DNA from: Vicugna vicugna
Lineage: Eukaryota
Direction of reading: 5' to 3'
NCBI GenBank assembly: GCA_013265495.1
Contig: MU058198.1
Coordinates: 6,773,779 to 6,837,778 of the forward strand
DNA length: 64,000 nucleotides
The translations under genes were made by a program, and so were the position numbers. The stretch's first letter is position 1. Each line of letters starts with the position of its first letter. Shown here piece by piece: positions 23,056 through 36,264 of the stretch. A model generated the notes under the pieces. The model did not search any database. It was not told the DNA's origin and saw nothing but the letters and a program-made list of their open reading frames with translations.

Positions 23056-24287
23056 AGACTGTTTAACCAACACATTTTAAATTGCACGAGCCATGCTGAA
23101 ATTCTTGTTCTGGTTTGTTCACTTGTAATTGTTTGTCTGCCCCCACTAGAATGTAAGCTCCATGAGGAAAGAACTAGTTAACCACGGTATCCGTAGCTCT
23201 TAGAATATCCCTTGGCTCAAGAAATACTTGTTGCATGAATTCTTTCCTCGGACACTTAAAACAACAGTAACAACTTTCCAAACCAGTTCTCCAGAAAAGA
23301 GATAACAGGATAAATTGCACAGAGTGGGTATGAACATTCCATGAAGTGATTAATTTTATAACGTAAGTGTTTTGCCAAAGTTGGAATGGGGACGTGTTCA
23401 GACGAGGACAGAACAAGAGGTCAGGGGTTATCTTCTGATCCCACAGCATGAACTGCTTTTGTAATCAGAAAAGCAAAGAAAACCTTGTTTTACGAAGAAA
23501 AGTACTTCTGGTTGACAGAGACCTGGGTTCTGGGTCCAGCCTCTGGGAAGAAGTCTCCTCTGTCAAGGCTGGCTGCTTGCACAGGGACTTGGGGGGAGTG
23601 GGGAGCTCTTGCTTCTTTGCTTGCTCCCCTGGGACTCCCTGAAGACCACAGAACTTTCTAGAAAGCTTGGGCGTGGGTGTCAGCACACCTGGTCTACTCC
23701 TGGCTCAGCTTGTGACAGGTGGTGAACCCATGATCCACATTTTTCCCTCCTACAGGGCTTTGGCAAATATTCAGTGTCATCACAAAAATCGTTGTGGCTG
23801 TATAATATTTTTATATGAAAACCAAGGTGGAATTTCCCCCATAATCCTTTTACGCTTGTCCCATTGCTATTTAATCGGTGAGGGTTTTCGTGGCTGAAGT
23901 CAAGGGATGTCATTGAAGTTTCCTTTTCAGTTTAACAGTCTTAGGGGACTCAAGGTGCAGATAATCATGAGGACATAAGAGCAAGGTGGATGGAGTAGGT
24001 GGGTGGGGCAAACTTGGAAATACTCCGAGTCAAGGAAGGAATGAGGAAGTTTGGAAAGGACACAATGACACCTTAGAACAGACACATCCGTGAGAAAGGG
24101 TTCCTGTGTGCTGACTGTCCTGAAGAGTTTGGTGAGATCAGAGGATGAAAGGACTGAACCCCATTTTTCAGGTGGACAGACCCCAGAGTCCCCCTACGCC
24201 CCAGGGTGACACAAAGCTTGTGGGAAGTGGCCTAGAGCACACAGACTAAGAGCAGGGACGTTGTGGGTTGACAGTAAAGAATAGACA

Positions 24288-24384
24288 GGAAGTGGGGTAG
24301 AGCTCAGTGGTAGAGCCCTTGCTTGGTGTGCACGAGGTCCTGGGTTCAATCCTCAGTGCCTCTGTTAAGGGGGAAAAAAAAAAG
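24288..24384 (+). mobile_element. tRNA-Ala-derived SINE with TSD aagaatagaca
   Basis: A/B box-like head gctcagtggtagag...gggttcaatcctcag; TSD near 24277 and 24382. Confidence 0.85.
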
Positions 24385-24642
24385 AATAGACAAGAAAGAC
24401 AGGAAGGCAGGAGTGAGGACATCTTGGCAGATACCAGAGCACCAAGGGGACATGGAGGCCAAGAAGATTCATGCTCTTTCTTGACTCTGCTCCTGAGAAA
24501 CTCTGGGAAAAGGAGAGGAAAAAAACACAAACTGGCCTCTTCAAACACCTACTGCTGGCAGAAAAGGAGCGGGAAATATCAATCCAGTTAAACAACAGAC
24601 AGATCACATTTCTTGCACACCTGAGCTATGTTTCAAAACCCT

Positions 24643-24780
24643 TGTTTTGTTTTGCTTGAGGTGGGGAAGGAGTTAATTAGGCTTATTTGTTTACTTATTT
24701 TTGAAGTAGGTACTGAGGATTGAACCCAGGACCTCATGCATGCTAAGCATGCGCTCCATCACTTGAGCTATACCCTCCCT
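24643..24780 (-). mobile_element. tRNA-Ala-derived SINE
   Basis: gattgaacccaggacctcatgcatgctaagcatgcgctc...gagctataccc. Confidence 0.85.
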
Positions 24781-25229
24781 GCTCCGTACCCTTGTTTAAA
24801 TAGAGTGATCACATGATGCTCACTATGCATTTTACAACATTAACTCATTTAATCACAGCAGCAATCCTACATTGAATGTTATTGGCACTCTTATTTTACC
24901 CACGGGGAACAGAGGCATAGAAAGTTCATGTAACTGGCCCAAGGTTGCACAGATAGTAAGAGAGCTGGGACTCGAAACCACAGAGTCTGGGCCCATATCC
25001 CATGCTATCAGCTGCCACTTTGCCGCCTTCTTAAATTCTTTTTCAGGTACCTTCCTAAATGCTTGAAAGGCACAGTTTCCTTGCATTTTCAAAACCATTC
25101 CAAAAGGTGAGTGTTTACAGATGAGGAAATTAAGATGCAGGGTAAACAATAACTTGTCCCAGGTTACAGCCGAGTTTGCAGGCAGGATTTAGACATACAT
25201 CTGGGGGACCCTAAGGCTGGCCTAGTGGC

Positions 25230-25735
25230 TCTTGCTGTGTAACAAATCAGCCCCAAACACAGTAGTATGAAACAACCATTTAATTATGCCCCCAGATTCT
25301 GTGGTTTGGGAATCAGAGGTGACTATTCTCTGCTCCACAATATCCCAGACCTCCTCTGGGAAGACTCAGTTGCTGGCGGTGACTTGACAGCTGGGGCTGG
25401 AACCATCTGCACACATGTCTGGAGGTCGGGGGTGGCTTTCAGCTGGGACTTCAGTTGGACTGGAGGCCAGAACACTAGCAACACGTGACCTTTCTATGTC
25501 ATCTTTCATGTATGTTCTCTGGACTTTATCACAGCGGAGTGGCTGGGATCCAAGAACTTCTGAAAGCAAAGTAGACGTGCAGGGTGTTTTATATGATAGC
25601 TCCATTTCCGCTGTGCTCTATCAGTCAAAGTGGAAGTAGACATAGAAGTCGTCCCATGTTTAAAAGGAAGGGACATAGTCCTATGCCCCACATTTGATGG
25701 GGTGGTGTCAAGATCACATTGTAAGGAGACAAGTG
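25230..25735 (-). mobile_element. MaLR LTR (MLT1-like), followed by a MER5-like hAT remnant at about 25775-25900
   Basis: ttgctgtgtaacaaatca.ccccaaa...aaacaaccattt..ttatgc and ggggctggaa.catctg signatures. Confidence 0.6.
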
Positions 25736-26498
25736 GGGTGGGAACTCCTCCTGCGACCATCTTTCGTAAATGCAATTCTCAAACTTCACTGCACATTGGA
25801 GTCAATTTTCAAAGTCCCAATGCCCAAGCTCTACCCCAGACCAATGACTCTCTGGGAACCAGGAATGAGTATTTTCTTTAACTCCCAGGTGATTTTATAA
25901 TGGGGCCTTCTCCCACATATGCAAAGCTCTTGGCACAGTGTCTGGCTTGTGAACAACCGTATTTTCACCCAAGTGTGAACACCGATGACTCTTCATACAC
26001 AGGGTTATCGTAGGGAGTGCACAGGCCAACTTGAAAAAAGTTACAGTTAGATGTTTCTTTTCACAGTTATCTTCTAATTATGACAAGTGACGATGGGTTT
26101 CCATTTTTGGTGGTTCTGCTATTTCTTTAAAAAAAACCTTTAAAACTTTAAACTTAGAAAAGGTAAGAAGGTAATATTTGAAATACTAAATGAATAATGG
26201 TGTAGTTCGAATGCACATGGGCAGAAATCACAAAAGTGCTGAGTGAAAGGTGAAGCTGGGAAAAATCCTGAGGCAGGTAATCAATAGTGATGTCTATGAC
26301 TATGGCTCTTACTGGTGTCACCTTTAAGAAGTGCTGGTTGAAAACCACCTTTGGGTGATTCTGAAATTTTAAAAAGTGTACATCTGAGAGCCCGCAGAGA
26401 AAGCAAATAAAGGTTCTCTGTAAGGAGCAAGGAATACTTTGAATCTTGGCCACCTGCCGGGAAATTTCCATAAGCTCCTGGGGGGAAAGAAAGATCAG

Positions 26499-26539
26499 TC
26501 AGCTCTCCAGCTCTCCAGCTCTCCAGCTCTCCAGCTCTC
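26499..26539. repeat. (CAGCTCTC)x5 tandem repeat
   Basis: Direct reading. Confidence 0.85.
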
Positions 26540-27621
26540 AGGAGGAACCCAAGAAATTGGGAAAACAGGTATTACATACAACTAGGAGACGACAGAGAAA
26601 GGGTGTAGGAAAGGAGGGGATGGAATAGAAGAGGGAGGTTCTGGAGGTTCTCATCCTGACTGGATCCCTAGTCCTTATATGAGTTTAAGCCAGTCCTTTC
26701 CCCCTGCCCACCCCCCATCAGGCCTTGCTTTTCCCTTCTGCAAAAGGGAAGGAGTGGGGCTCTAACCCCCAGGATCCTTTCAACTGAACATTCTATAATT
26801 CCAAGAATTGTCTGATTCCTCAAACAGCCACTTAAAAGCCTCCCGGGCAGTGGCTGTGTCAGGGAAGGGCAAGGCCAGGAAAGGGCAAGGCCAGGAAAGA
26901 CCAATCAGAGGCCAGGAGTGTGTAGCCTCCTGGCAAATGTTAGAGGACCCATTCATTATCCAGGGAGTGACTACATCCAGTGAAGGACACAGCACTTCCC
27001 CACCTGTTTTCTCCACTGAAGCTGACGGAAGGAAAAAGAGTCTCACCAATTGACAGGTGGAGAAAATGAGGCTCAAAAGAGTAATTGACCAGAAATTAAC
27101 TAGTGTCTAGGAGTCCTCATTGTCAGTATGCAGTTCTTCTCAGGCATGTAGTGAAAAAGGGAAAAACTCAGGAGGCAGAGTATAACTCAATCCCCAGTAT
27201 CTCCATTTAAAAAATATTTTTTTAAAGGAAAAACACAGGCTTTGAAAAATCAGTGGGCATTTTTATCGTGGGCATCTAATAAATATTCTATGGTGGGCAT
27301 CTAATAAATATTAACTGAATGAATAAACAATCGGTCATGGAAAGAGGGTTCAAGGGAAAACCCAAAGGAGCTGTGTGCCAAAATAACTGAGATTCTGGGC
27401 ATAGTCTTGCTGTGGGTGCCATCCCAGAGAAGGTCTATCCCTGGGGTAGAGGTGAGGAGTGGGGTGGTGGAAGGCATGTCGAAGAAGACTCTGAAGAGCT
27501 GAGCTTTGCAGGATGGATGGAATTAAGAGTATCTCAGATAGAAATGACTAGAAAAACAGAAGGTTGCTCAAGGAGCAGGTGGGAAAGTCAGATTTCAGCT
27601 CACATTAAGGCATTACTCTGA

Positions 27622-28261
27622 TCCAGCAATCCCACTTCTGGGTATATACCCGAAGCAAACTCTAATTCGAAAAGATACGTGCACCCCAGTGTTCATAACA
27701 GCACTATATACAATAGCCAAGACATGGGAGCAACCTAAATGTCCATCGACAGATGACTGGATAAAGAAGTTGTGATATATTTATGCAATGGAATACTACT
27801 CAGCCATAAAAAGAATAAAATAATGCCATTTATAGCAACATGGATGGACCTAGAGATCGTCATTCCAAGTGAAGTAAGCCAGAAAGAGAAAGAAAAATAC
27901 CATATGATATCACTCATATACAGAATCTAAGAAAAGAAAAATAGGACACTATGAACTCATCTACAAAACAGAAACAGACTTGCAGACATAGTAAACAATC
28001 CTATGGTAACTGGGGAAAGGGGTGGAAAGGGATAGATTTGGGAGTTTGAGATTTGCAAATGTTAGCCACTATATACAAAAATAGATTTTAAAAAAGTTTC
28101 TTCTGTATAGCACAGGAAACTATGTTCAATATCTTATAATAACCTTTAATGACAAAAATACAAAAACAAATATATGTATGTATATACATGACTGGGGTAT
28201 TGTGCTGTACACCAGAAATTGACACACTATAATTGACTGTACTTCAATTAAAAAAAAAAAA
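27622..28261 (+). mobile_element. Relatively young 5'-truncated L1 with poly(A) and TSD
   Basis: atccagcaatcccacttctgggtatatacc...gcaacctaaatgtccatcgacagatga; poly(A) 28250-28261; TSD aagg(ca/ag)ttactctga at 27607 and 28260. Confidence 0.9.
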
Positions 28262-28545
28262 GGAGTTACTCTGAGAAGGTATCAGGCAACCCTAAGGCAG
28301 TGAGTTTTTTAATCCTAAGTGGTATTCAAGCAAGCAGATGTAATCCCAGTGTGAAGTGGGGTGTGGTTGGACTAGATGAGTTTTAGTGTCTTTCCCAGGT
28401 CAGAGGTTCTGGAGCTGTTGCTAGACTGGACTCAGGGGAGGCTGAGGATAAAGTTCTTAAAGGGTCAAGCTGGTCTTGATCTGCTGTACATCTGCTACTG
28501 CTCCAACAGCTGCCTTATTCCTCTGTCCATATTCTTGGGTTCCTA

Positions 28546-28659
28546 GGGATGGGGGTATAGTCCAATGGTAGAGCGCATGCTTAGCATGCATGAAGTCCTG
28601 GGCATGCATGAGGTCGTGGGTTCAATCCCCAGTACCTCCATTAAAAAAAAAAAACAACT
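28546..28659 (+). mobile_element. tRNA-Ala-derived SINE with internal 19-nt duplication
   Basis: gcatgcatga(a/g)gtc(c/g)tggg occurs twice; TSD catattcttgggt(t/c)ccta on both sides. Confidence 0.85.
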
Positions 28660-28799
28660 CATATTCTTGGGTCCCTAAGAATAATTAACTCCAAGTTTTG
28701 CAGCCTAGGGCTTTTATGGAAGGGACAGGAAAAAAAGAAAAAGACTATGTGCAGAGCCAGACTTAGGGGTTTTCTCCGCCCCCATCCCTTGTTGCTTGC

Positions 28800-29265
28800 T
28801 ACTTTTTTCTAATATTCACTCTCTCCTGCTTCCTTTAATGATGAAACCCTGCCTTCCCCCAGTTTGGGCTAGCAGGTGGCTAAGCAGTTAAATACTACCT
28901 TTCCCAACCTCTCTTGTAATTGTGTGTGGTCATATGTCTAAATTCTGAGCAGATGTGATGTGTTCTGCTTTTAAAATGCCCTTAAAAATAAATTAGCATG
29001 GACTCACCTAGTCCCTTCCCTACTCCCTTTACATGAGCTGGATGTAGATGAGATGGCAGGTACTGGAGCAGCTAGCTTGGACCACAAAGTGGTAACCATG
29101 TTTCAAGGGTGACAGAAAAATGAGCCCAAAGTAGCTGGAATCCCTGACATAATGGAGCTGCCATTTTAGCCCAGGACTACGTACCCTTGGAGCTGTTATG
29201 TGATGGAAAGAGACTTTTCTATCCTGTTTTGTTTGTATCTTCATTACAGTAGCCTAAATCTATAC
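28800..29265 (+). mobile_element. MaLR LTR (MLT1-like)
   Basis: actacctttccca.cctctcttg; gctggaatccctgac..atggagctgcca signatures. Confidence 0.55.
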
Positions 29266-29899
29266 CTCAATCAGTGGATCCTCTCAGCTCCAATCACATC
29301 TCTTATTCACCCCCATGTTCTTCTCAAAGTCTGGCTCCAAGACGGATAACACTAGGTAAGAATCTTTCTCCTCCAGCTGACTTCCCAGGACTCTGTCCTG
29401 GCAGCCCCTTGGCAAAGGGACCCACCTTCTGCTTGAGGGCAAGAAGAATCCTTGAACTTGAGGCCTGAATAACTTGGGGCAAGAACCCGAACGTTTTAAA
29501 TCTCGTTTCTCTCTGTTTTGCAGATGGTACCAGTAAATAACATACCTTTCGAAAAGTGGTTGCATATGAAGACGACTTAATCAACAAGATTGTTATTCTA
29601 AGAATGGAGAGGAGTTGGGAAGTGGGCTTGTTTCAAGGGCAACATTAAAGAAGCAGAGGAAATTCCCTTATACCCACTAAGAAACCACAGAAACATATGC
29701 ACCAAAACACATGCAAAAAAAAAAAAAGCGTACATCTACACACCTATACAAAATTAGAAACTCCCTTCCCAAACTCATAACCAAATACAAACACTAGCCA
29801 ACAATGCTCTCATTGGTTCATGCAAATGCAGACACAGGCAGGCAGAAAGGTGCACCCAAAAAGCCACACAAAGAGGGATGACAAAATAACACACACCAC

Positions 29900-30200
29900 A
29901 GGCTGCAGCTGCTGTACTTTGTTTATTGTCACTGTCATCCAGGGAGCTTTGGTTTCTTCGGCATCTTTCTTTTGGGGGGGTGGGAACTTCATGATTCTGC
30001 CTCTCTCTATTCTCTGCCTCTTGCTCCCCATCTTTTCCTTTTTCTGGGGCCGGGGGTGCTTCCTTGGTGGCCCCTTTGAGCCTCAGTCAGGTAGGGTAAG
30101 GCCTGGGGGTGGGGGGGCCAGCAGGCCTGGATCCTGCCCCCAGGTGCTGATTCCACGGTCCTGTCTCCATCGCTGTGGGGTGTCCATGCTCTGGCCTCAT
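29900..30200 (-). other. NUPR1: NUPR1 exon 3 (3'UTR) with poly(A) signal
   Basis: Acceptor ttcccctag ending at 30201; minus-strand AATAAA 29927-29922; 3' end approximate. Confidence 0.75.
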
Positions 30201-30545
30201 CTAGGGGAAGGGAAACAGGTGGTGAAAACACAGAGGCCTGGATTCTAACTCTGCCTCTCCTGCTTTCCTGCTCTGTGACTCCAGAGAAGGACCCTACCCT
30301 CTCTGGGCCTCAGTTTCCCACTCTGTAAACCAAATTTCACTCCAGTTGAAAAGAGTCAGTTTCTCTCTTTGCGCTTGTCACTGGGAAACTCAGAGTCAAA
30401 TGAATGTCTCATTTTATTCTCTGTTGAGACCACAATTCTTGGATCCCTCCTCCCTGCCCAACCTTGCACATTCAGGCCTGTCCTTTCCAGGCAGAGGGAA
30501 CTTTATTGGTGCTTGGGGCCCCCCAACTCCTTACCTTGTTCTGTC

Positions 30546-30682
30546 TCAGCGCCGTGCCCCTCGCTTCTTCCGCTCCGTGTTCTGGAGCTTGGTCACCAGT
30601 TTCCTCTCGTGCCCACCAGGGCTGGGGCGGTTGGTGTTGGCAGCAGCTTCTCTCTTGGTGCGACCTTTCCGGCCTCCCACCC
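30546..30682 (-). CDS. NUPR1: NUPR1 exon 2 (GVGGRKGRTKREAAANTNRPSPGGHERKLVTKLQNTERKKRGARR*)
   Basis: Acceptor ctcccag; diagnostic p8 motif; TGA 30548-30546; donor gtaagg at 30534. Confidence 0.96.
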
Positions 30683-31107
30683 CTGGGAGTGGAGGCAGGA
30701 GTCCGAGGTGAGGTGGGCAGAGGGGTGCTGCCCCAAAGGACAGGCAGGGGGTCCAGAGTGCAGGGGTGGAAAGAGCTTGGGTTAAAGTTGGGAGGTGGAG
30801 GGGGCGTTGTCACCACATAGCTTTAGGGCAGCCATTGTCTCTGTTTCCTCGTCTATGTGAGGGACCCCTCGATTGACTGTTGTTGCTCCATTGAGTGTCT
30901 GAAGTCCCAGGGTTGAGTAGGACAGGCGCTCAGTGGATGAGGGGCTAGAAGGGGGTGACTTGAGGGCTCAAGGGAACAGGCTGGAGAGAGATGATGTGTG
31001 GGCAGGAACCCAAGGATGGATCCTAGTTTGGGGAGTGGGGTCAGACTGTTCGTGAGGGTGGGCATTCGAAGTGGAAGAACCAGGAATGTGGCAGGGCCAG
31101 GCCTTAC

Positions 31108-31219
31108 CCAGGCAAGAATGAGCCAGGCTGTAGAGGTCATACTCGTCCAGGCTGGGTTCTTCGTCCTCTGGGCCGAGGGACTGCCTGGACGGGCTGGCTG
31201 CTCGCGGGAAGGTGGCCAT
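31108..31219 (-). CDS. NUPR1: NUPR1 exon 1 (MATFPRAASPSRQSLGPEDEEPSLDEYDLYSLAHSCL); spliced protein 82 aa
   Basis: 112 nt, donor gtaagg; phase matches exon 2. Confidence 0.96.
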
Positions 31220-31315
31220 AATGTCTAACTTACTCTTGTGTGAGCTCTCTCTCTCTCTCTTCTAAAGCTTTGTTTGTGTCTGATTTCCTGACACCTCCCA
31301 GTTCACTGGCTCCAA

Positions 31316-31385
31316 CTTATAAAGCCACGTCTCCTCCTCCAGCCCACAGTCTGGCTCCAGCCCCTCAGGCCTTGTCTGATGCAAT
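31316..31385 (-). promoter_or_regulatory. NUPR1: NUPR1 promoter: TATA box and C/EBP-ATF4 composite (CARE/AARE)
   Basis: Minus-strand TTTATAAG near 31323-31316; TGATGCAAT 31377-31385; NUPR1 is an established ATF4 target. Confidence 0.75.
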
Positions 31386-33213
31386 CTGGTCTTTTCCCAG
31401 AACCCAGCCCAGTAAACATCAGTCACGAGAGGGGGAAAGAGTGGGTCCTGAGAGTCCCAGCCCCCCTTGTCTCCTCCCTCTCACTGGGGCTCGCCCAGCT
31501 GGGTATTTTTCCACAGAGGAGATCCCCGCCCCTTTTGGGGAGGAGGTAAGAGGCAGGGTCTGGGCATAAACAGTCCTTGGGATCATTGCCAGCAGGGAAC
31601 TGAGGGCCTCACCTGACTGACTCCTTCCTATCCATCTCCTGTCCTCCGCTGCCCATGTGCCCCTCCTGGGCTGAGGATCATGGCCACACAGCTCACCACC
31701 CCCATCCTAGAATTTCTGGACTTCTGGCTCAGATTCAGGGACACAACGGCAGAACATGGAGTGAAGAATGATCAGGGGAAAAGGATATCAACACACTATC
31801 TGTCATGTCATTGGTTCTCACACCAAGCACACTCAACACCCTTTTTATAAGAGACACATTGGAAAGCCCCCTTAACATCCTGGGCTGGAGGTCCCTAGGT
31901 AATCTCCTTCTCCTGAGAGGGAGGTTAGCAGAATGCTCAAGAGTGTAGATTCTGAAACCAAATGCCCTGAATTCAAACCTCTCATCCATTACTTCCTGTG
32001 TGACCCTAGATAAGTCGCTCTACCTCTTTGTACCTTAATTCTCTCCTCTGTAAAATGAGGGTGATAATAATTCTATCTCCCTCATAGAGTTGAGGAGAGG
32101 ATCAAATGAGATAACCCACTTGCAACAGTGCCTGCTATAGTGTAAGCTGCACTATGTAAGTTAATGACACATGTGTATGTAAGTTTCTAAACAACTCAAT
32201 ATAATGCCCTCCTTGTAATGTAAAGAGACAGCAAAAGAAATTAATTTAAAATAAAATAATATGTATTTCAAATCCTGGACATACTCAGGTAGAAGATACG
32301 ATGAAGTAAACAGATATTTATATTTATTTAACATGTATTAAAGGGAAAGGAATTCAGATAAGAAACACATGGAAGTGGAATTTTCCACTCTTGCCTAAAG
32401 GCTCTGACTATGTGGGTCACGTTGACACAGTGTGGTCACACTTGGGTTGCCCACTCATGCTTTAGCTGAGGCTTGTGTCCCGGCTCCCAGCACCCCTGTG
32501 GTTGTCAGAGGGCAGAGAAGGAGGTAGACACAACAGCCCACTTTTGTTTTTTTTAAACACTGTGGTTTCCAGTTCAAGGGGACCTTCTCAGCTCAAGGCA
32601 GGTATGAATTCTCTGCTCACAGTCCTACTTTGCTGTGAGCCTACTGAAACCCTCCATCTCAATGTCACCTAAAAGTGATCCTTCCCCTAAACCCTGAAAT
32701 AACCCAGTCTTGTCCTCTGTTGAACAAGCAGCAGCACTTCTGCTTGCTTTTCTCCCTAGTCTGAGCCAGAATTAAATTTAGCTTCTGTTTTCCAGATTTG
32801 GGTCATCTGTGAGTTTAACACCCAGAAAATGAAAGTGAAGACAGGAGGACACTTGAATAAATACAGAGTTGGGATGATAATAACAGACCAGATAATAAGA
32901 GAAGGAAGACAATAATCTTAACATAAACAAAGATAACAAACACACCAAGACAGATTAAGGTGGAGGAAATTAGGAAATCCGAGGTTCTTGTAAAGTGGTG
33001 GACTTTATCACCAAGTGTATTAGCAAAATAATTCCTTCTATCATGACATGAGATGGGGTAGGATCTAAGCTCGGATCATTGTAAATAAGTGCTTTTTGTT
33101 TTTAGCTCATAAATGTCTAGCAGGACAGTCAGATGTCGTGCAGGGTGTGGGATAATTCAGCGTACAACTGACTAGTGTCATGGTGACTACGAAGATCACG
33201 CCCACAAATCCCC

Positions 33214-33229
33214 GCGCTGCCTCTAGCGG
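33214..33229 (-). promoter_or_regulatory. Candidate CTCF site
   Basis: Reverse complement CCGCTAGAGGCAGCGC resembles the CTCF core and sits in a small CpG-retaining patch. Motif only. Confidence 0.45.
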
Positions 33230-36200
33230 GACATCTGTCACTCATTCACCTCTGCCACCAGGGCTTCCGGTGACCAGCTGAGCCCACTTCTTAAGCCCAC
33301 TTTTGAGCTTCAGTCTGCTCATCTGTAAAGGGAGAATGGCCACAGCACCTGGCGTGTGAAAGGGCTTCTTCCAGAGCCCGGCCCTGGGTGTACTGCGATT
33401 TATCCCATTCTTCAAAGAAGGAAAACCGAGGCTCAGAGAGTGACTTGCTCAAGGTCACACGGCTGGAGAGTGACAGCAGTTCCAGGGCTCCTTCTAAGTC
33501 AGCACAGCTGACCAAACAGTGGCAAAGGTTTGGCAGCCATGTGTATGGAAGCATCTGTCCGGGATTCGTCCTTCCTCCCTTCCTCCCAAGCAGTGCTGGC
33601 TTTGAAGCAAACCAGGCGCTGAGGATGTCCAGGACTACACACCCTGCCCCCGGGGAAGCTCTGAGCAATGGGGGAGGTGGGTCTCTAGCAGATTTAGTGT
33701 ACATTCCTATCCCCCAAACCACACATACCCTCAGGACATAACCCTGATTTCATTTTGCTTTCTCCATAGCATTCAGTTATTTCTAACCAAAAATACCTTT
33801 TTTATTTGTTGACTTCCCTATGATTTGCCCCCACCAGAACGCAGTTGTTGGTTTGGCTTCGTTTAGTCAGCAGTAAAAGGAGTAGGCTCTGCAGTGGGTG
33901 GACTGGGTCCAATGCTTGGTTCTACCAGCTGTGTGCCTTTAGACAAGTCATTTAGCCTCTCTGTGCCTCAGTTTCCTCATTTGTAAAATGAGGTTAATAA
34001 TAGTACCTACCTAGGAGGATTATTGTGAGGATTAAAGGACCAATTTTTATAAAGGCTTCGCACAGTACCTAGAACATGGTGAGTGTTCAGTCATTGTTAG
34101 CTGTTGTTATCATTATTTCTGAGGGCAGGAATCTTGTCTATCTTATTGTGGTTGTACCCCTGATGCCTGCCATACAGTCGGTGCTCAGTAAATGACTAGT
34201 TGGCTACAGAGAGCTGTGCTGAGATCAATATTGCTTTTTCAGCTTCCAGATGCTCTGTTCTGAGGGAACTGAGAGGCCCAGTCCTAGTTCCACAGAGGAC
34301 TGTGAAGACAAGTGTCCTTCCCTCATAGAGCTGGGAAAGAAGGTCTCCCTGGCCTTGATCGTGCATGTGCTGGAGGAATGAAGCCTAGACCCTGGGGGGA
34401 GGGCCAGAGGGAGGGGACTTTTGGGAACCCATTGGTTGGACCTGTAGGGCTGAAAAGATGACTCAGTGGGAAAAGTCAAAAGGTGTGTTGTCCATCCTCT
34501 AGCCTCCAGGTATGATTAGGCCATTAACCATATGCCAGCCTCCAGGAAGTTTATTTTCTTTCTGCTCAAACTATGCCTTCGTGACATTCCAGGAGATTGC
34601 CAGGCATGCCTGTTACATCCCAGTATGGTCAGTGAATACAGGGAGCTGGGGGAGCTCTCAGGAGGGTACTCAGGGGATGAGGGTGGGGAAAGAATCAAGG
34701 CAGACTTCCTCGAGGCAATGAAGCATGAATAAGAATGACTGTGGGAAAGATAACAAGACATGCCCAATTCCAGAAGTTAAACCATCCAAGTTAGGAAAGC
34801 CTGAGTAGCCTGAGGGATGTGCAGAAGTCTGGCTCAAAGATCAGGAGCTTCCCTTGAAGGCAGAACATGTGGTCAAGGTGGGCTGGTGACATCACTGTAA
34901 ACCAAGGAGACTCAAGAAGCTTCAATGAGGTGAAACAAGATATGTCTGTATGATCTTATAGCCCCAGTCCAGAGAATCCCTCAAACTTGGGTGCTGTGTT
35001 TGGAATCATTTTTGGCTGTGTAAAAATATCATCTTGAATATAAAGGGATGCAATATTGATAAGAATGTTAAATGCACATACCCCCGAGGAGTCTGCTCCC
35101 AGTCTTGTTTATAGTCGTGAAAAACAGGAAACAACATAAGTGTCCATCAGTAGTTGACTGATCAACATCTCTCTGTGAAATACCCTGTAGCCATTAAAAA
35201 GAATAAGCTTCATCTCTAGCTCTGATGAGAAAGTTGTCCGTAATAGACTATTAAATGAAAAAAAAGTAGGTTACAGAACACGAGGTATACTATAATCTAT
35301 TTTTTTGCATTACATTTATTGAAATAATATAAATAACAGAGAGTAATTGTTTTCAGCATAATGTAGGTGTCACACATTTCTCCTTGTAACCAAAGAAGAT
35401 ACATAGCCAGATAAAACAACAGTAGAAGATGCTCGAATGAGAAATCCTATTACTGGAAGTCTCCCTAGAGATCAGCAAATCCAACCCCATTTAACAGATG
35501 AGGAAGTAAGGACCAGAGAGGCTAACATTCTCCACTCTACAAATGTTTAGGGCATTAACCATATGCCAGGTACTTGCTTAGTGCTGGGATATAAAAGTAA
35601 GCAGAACATGGTACCCACACTCAGCAGACTCATAGACAGGCTAGTATCCAGCATGTTACACACAGTGTAATAAGTAATGTGAGAAAAGCACATTCAAACG
35701 TTGGTGCCCCCAATCCAGGTTTGTGAGTAACTCCCAGAGAAGGTCATGTGTTAGCTGACCTGGAAGGATAAACAGAAGTCAGATAGACCAGGAGGTCACG
35801 GAAGAGTGTCCCAAGAAGGTCAAAAGGGGGAAAGTGTAGTGCATTTAGTTAACCAAAGGAGTTGGAGTACAGGGGAATTTTAGTCTTGGATTTAAGAGAC
35901 ATTAGTCTCCTGTCTCCCAGTTCAGCGCTATTTTTTAAATACTACCTGTCTCTGTAGCTCTATTGATGAGTATATAATCATTCAGCACATCTATCCATTT
36001 TTCTTGCATAGAAAAAAGAAAACATGCATGGTTCATGTTTACCCACGTATAGATATTAAGATTTTCCAAACCCTGTTGCTGAAAGTGTCTTTTTAGAGGA
36101 ATAACCACTTTATAGGATAGACTTTCATTTACGCTAAAATTTTTATGTCAATCAGGTCGTGCCATAGAACTCAACTCTGGAAGGGACTTTTAAAGGGTCA

Positions 36201-36264
36201 TATTGTCAGTGGCAGGAGGCGGGTAGTAGGAGCAGCCTGTCACTCTAGTAAAAGGGTCATTGTC

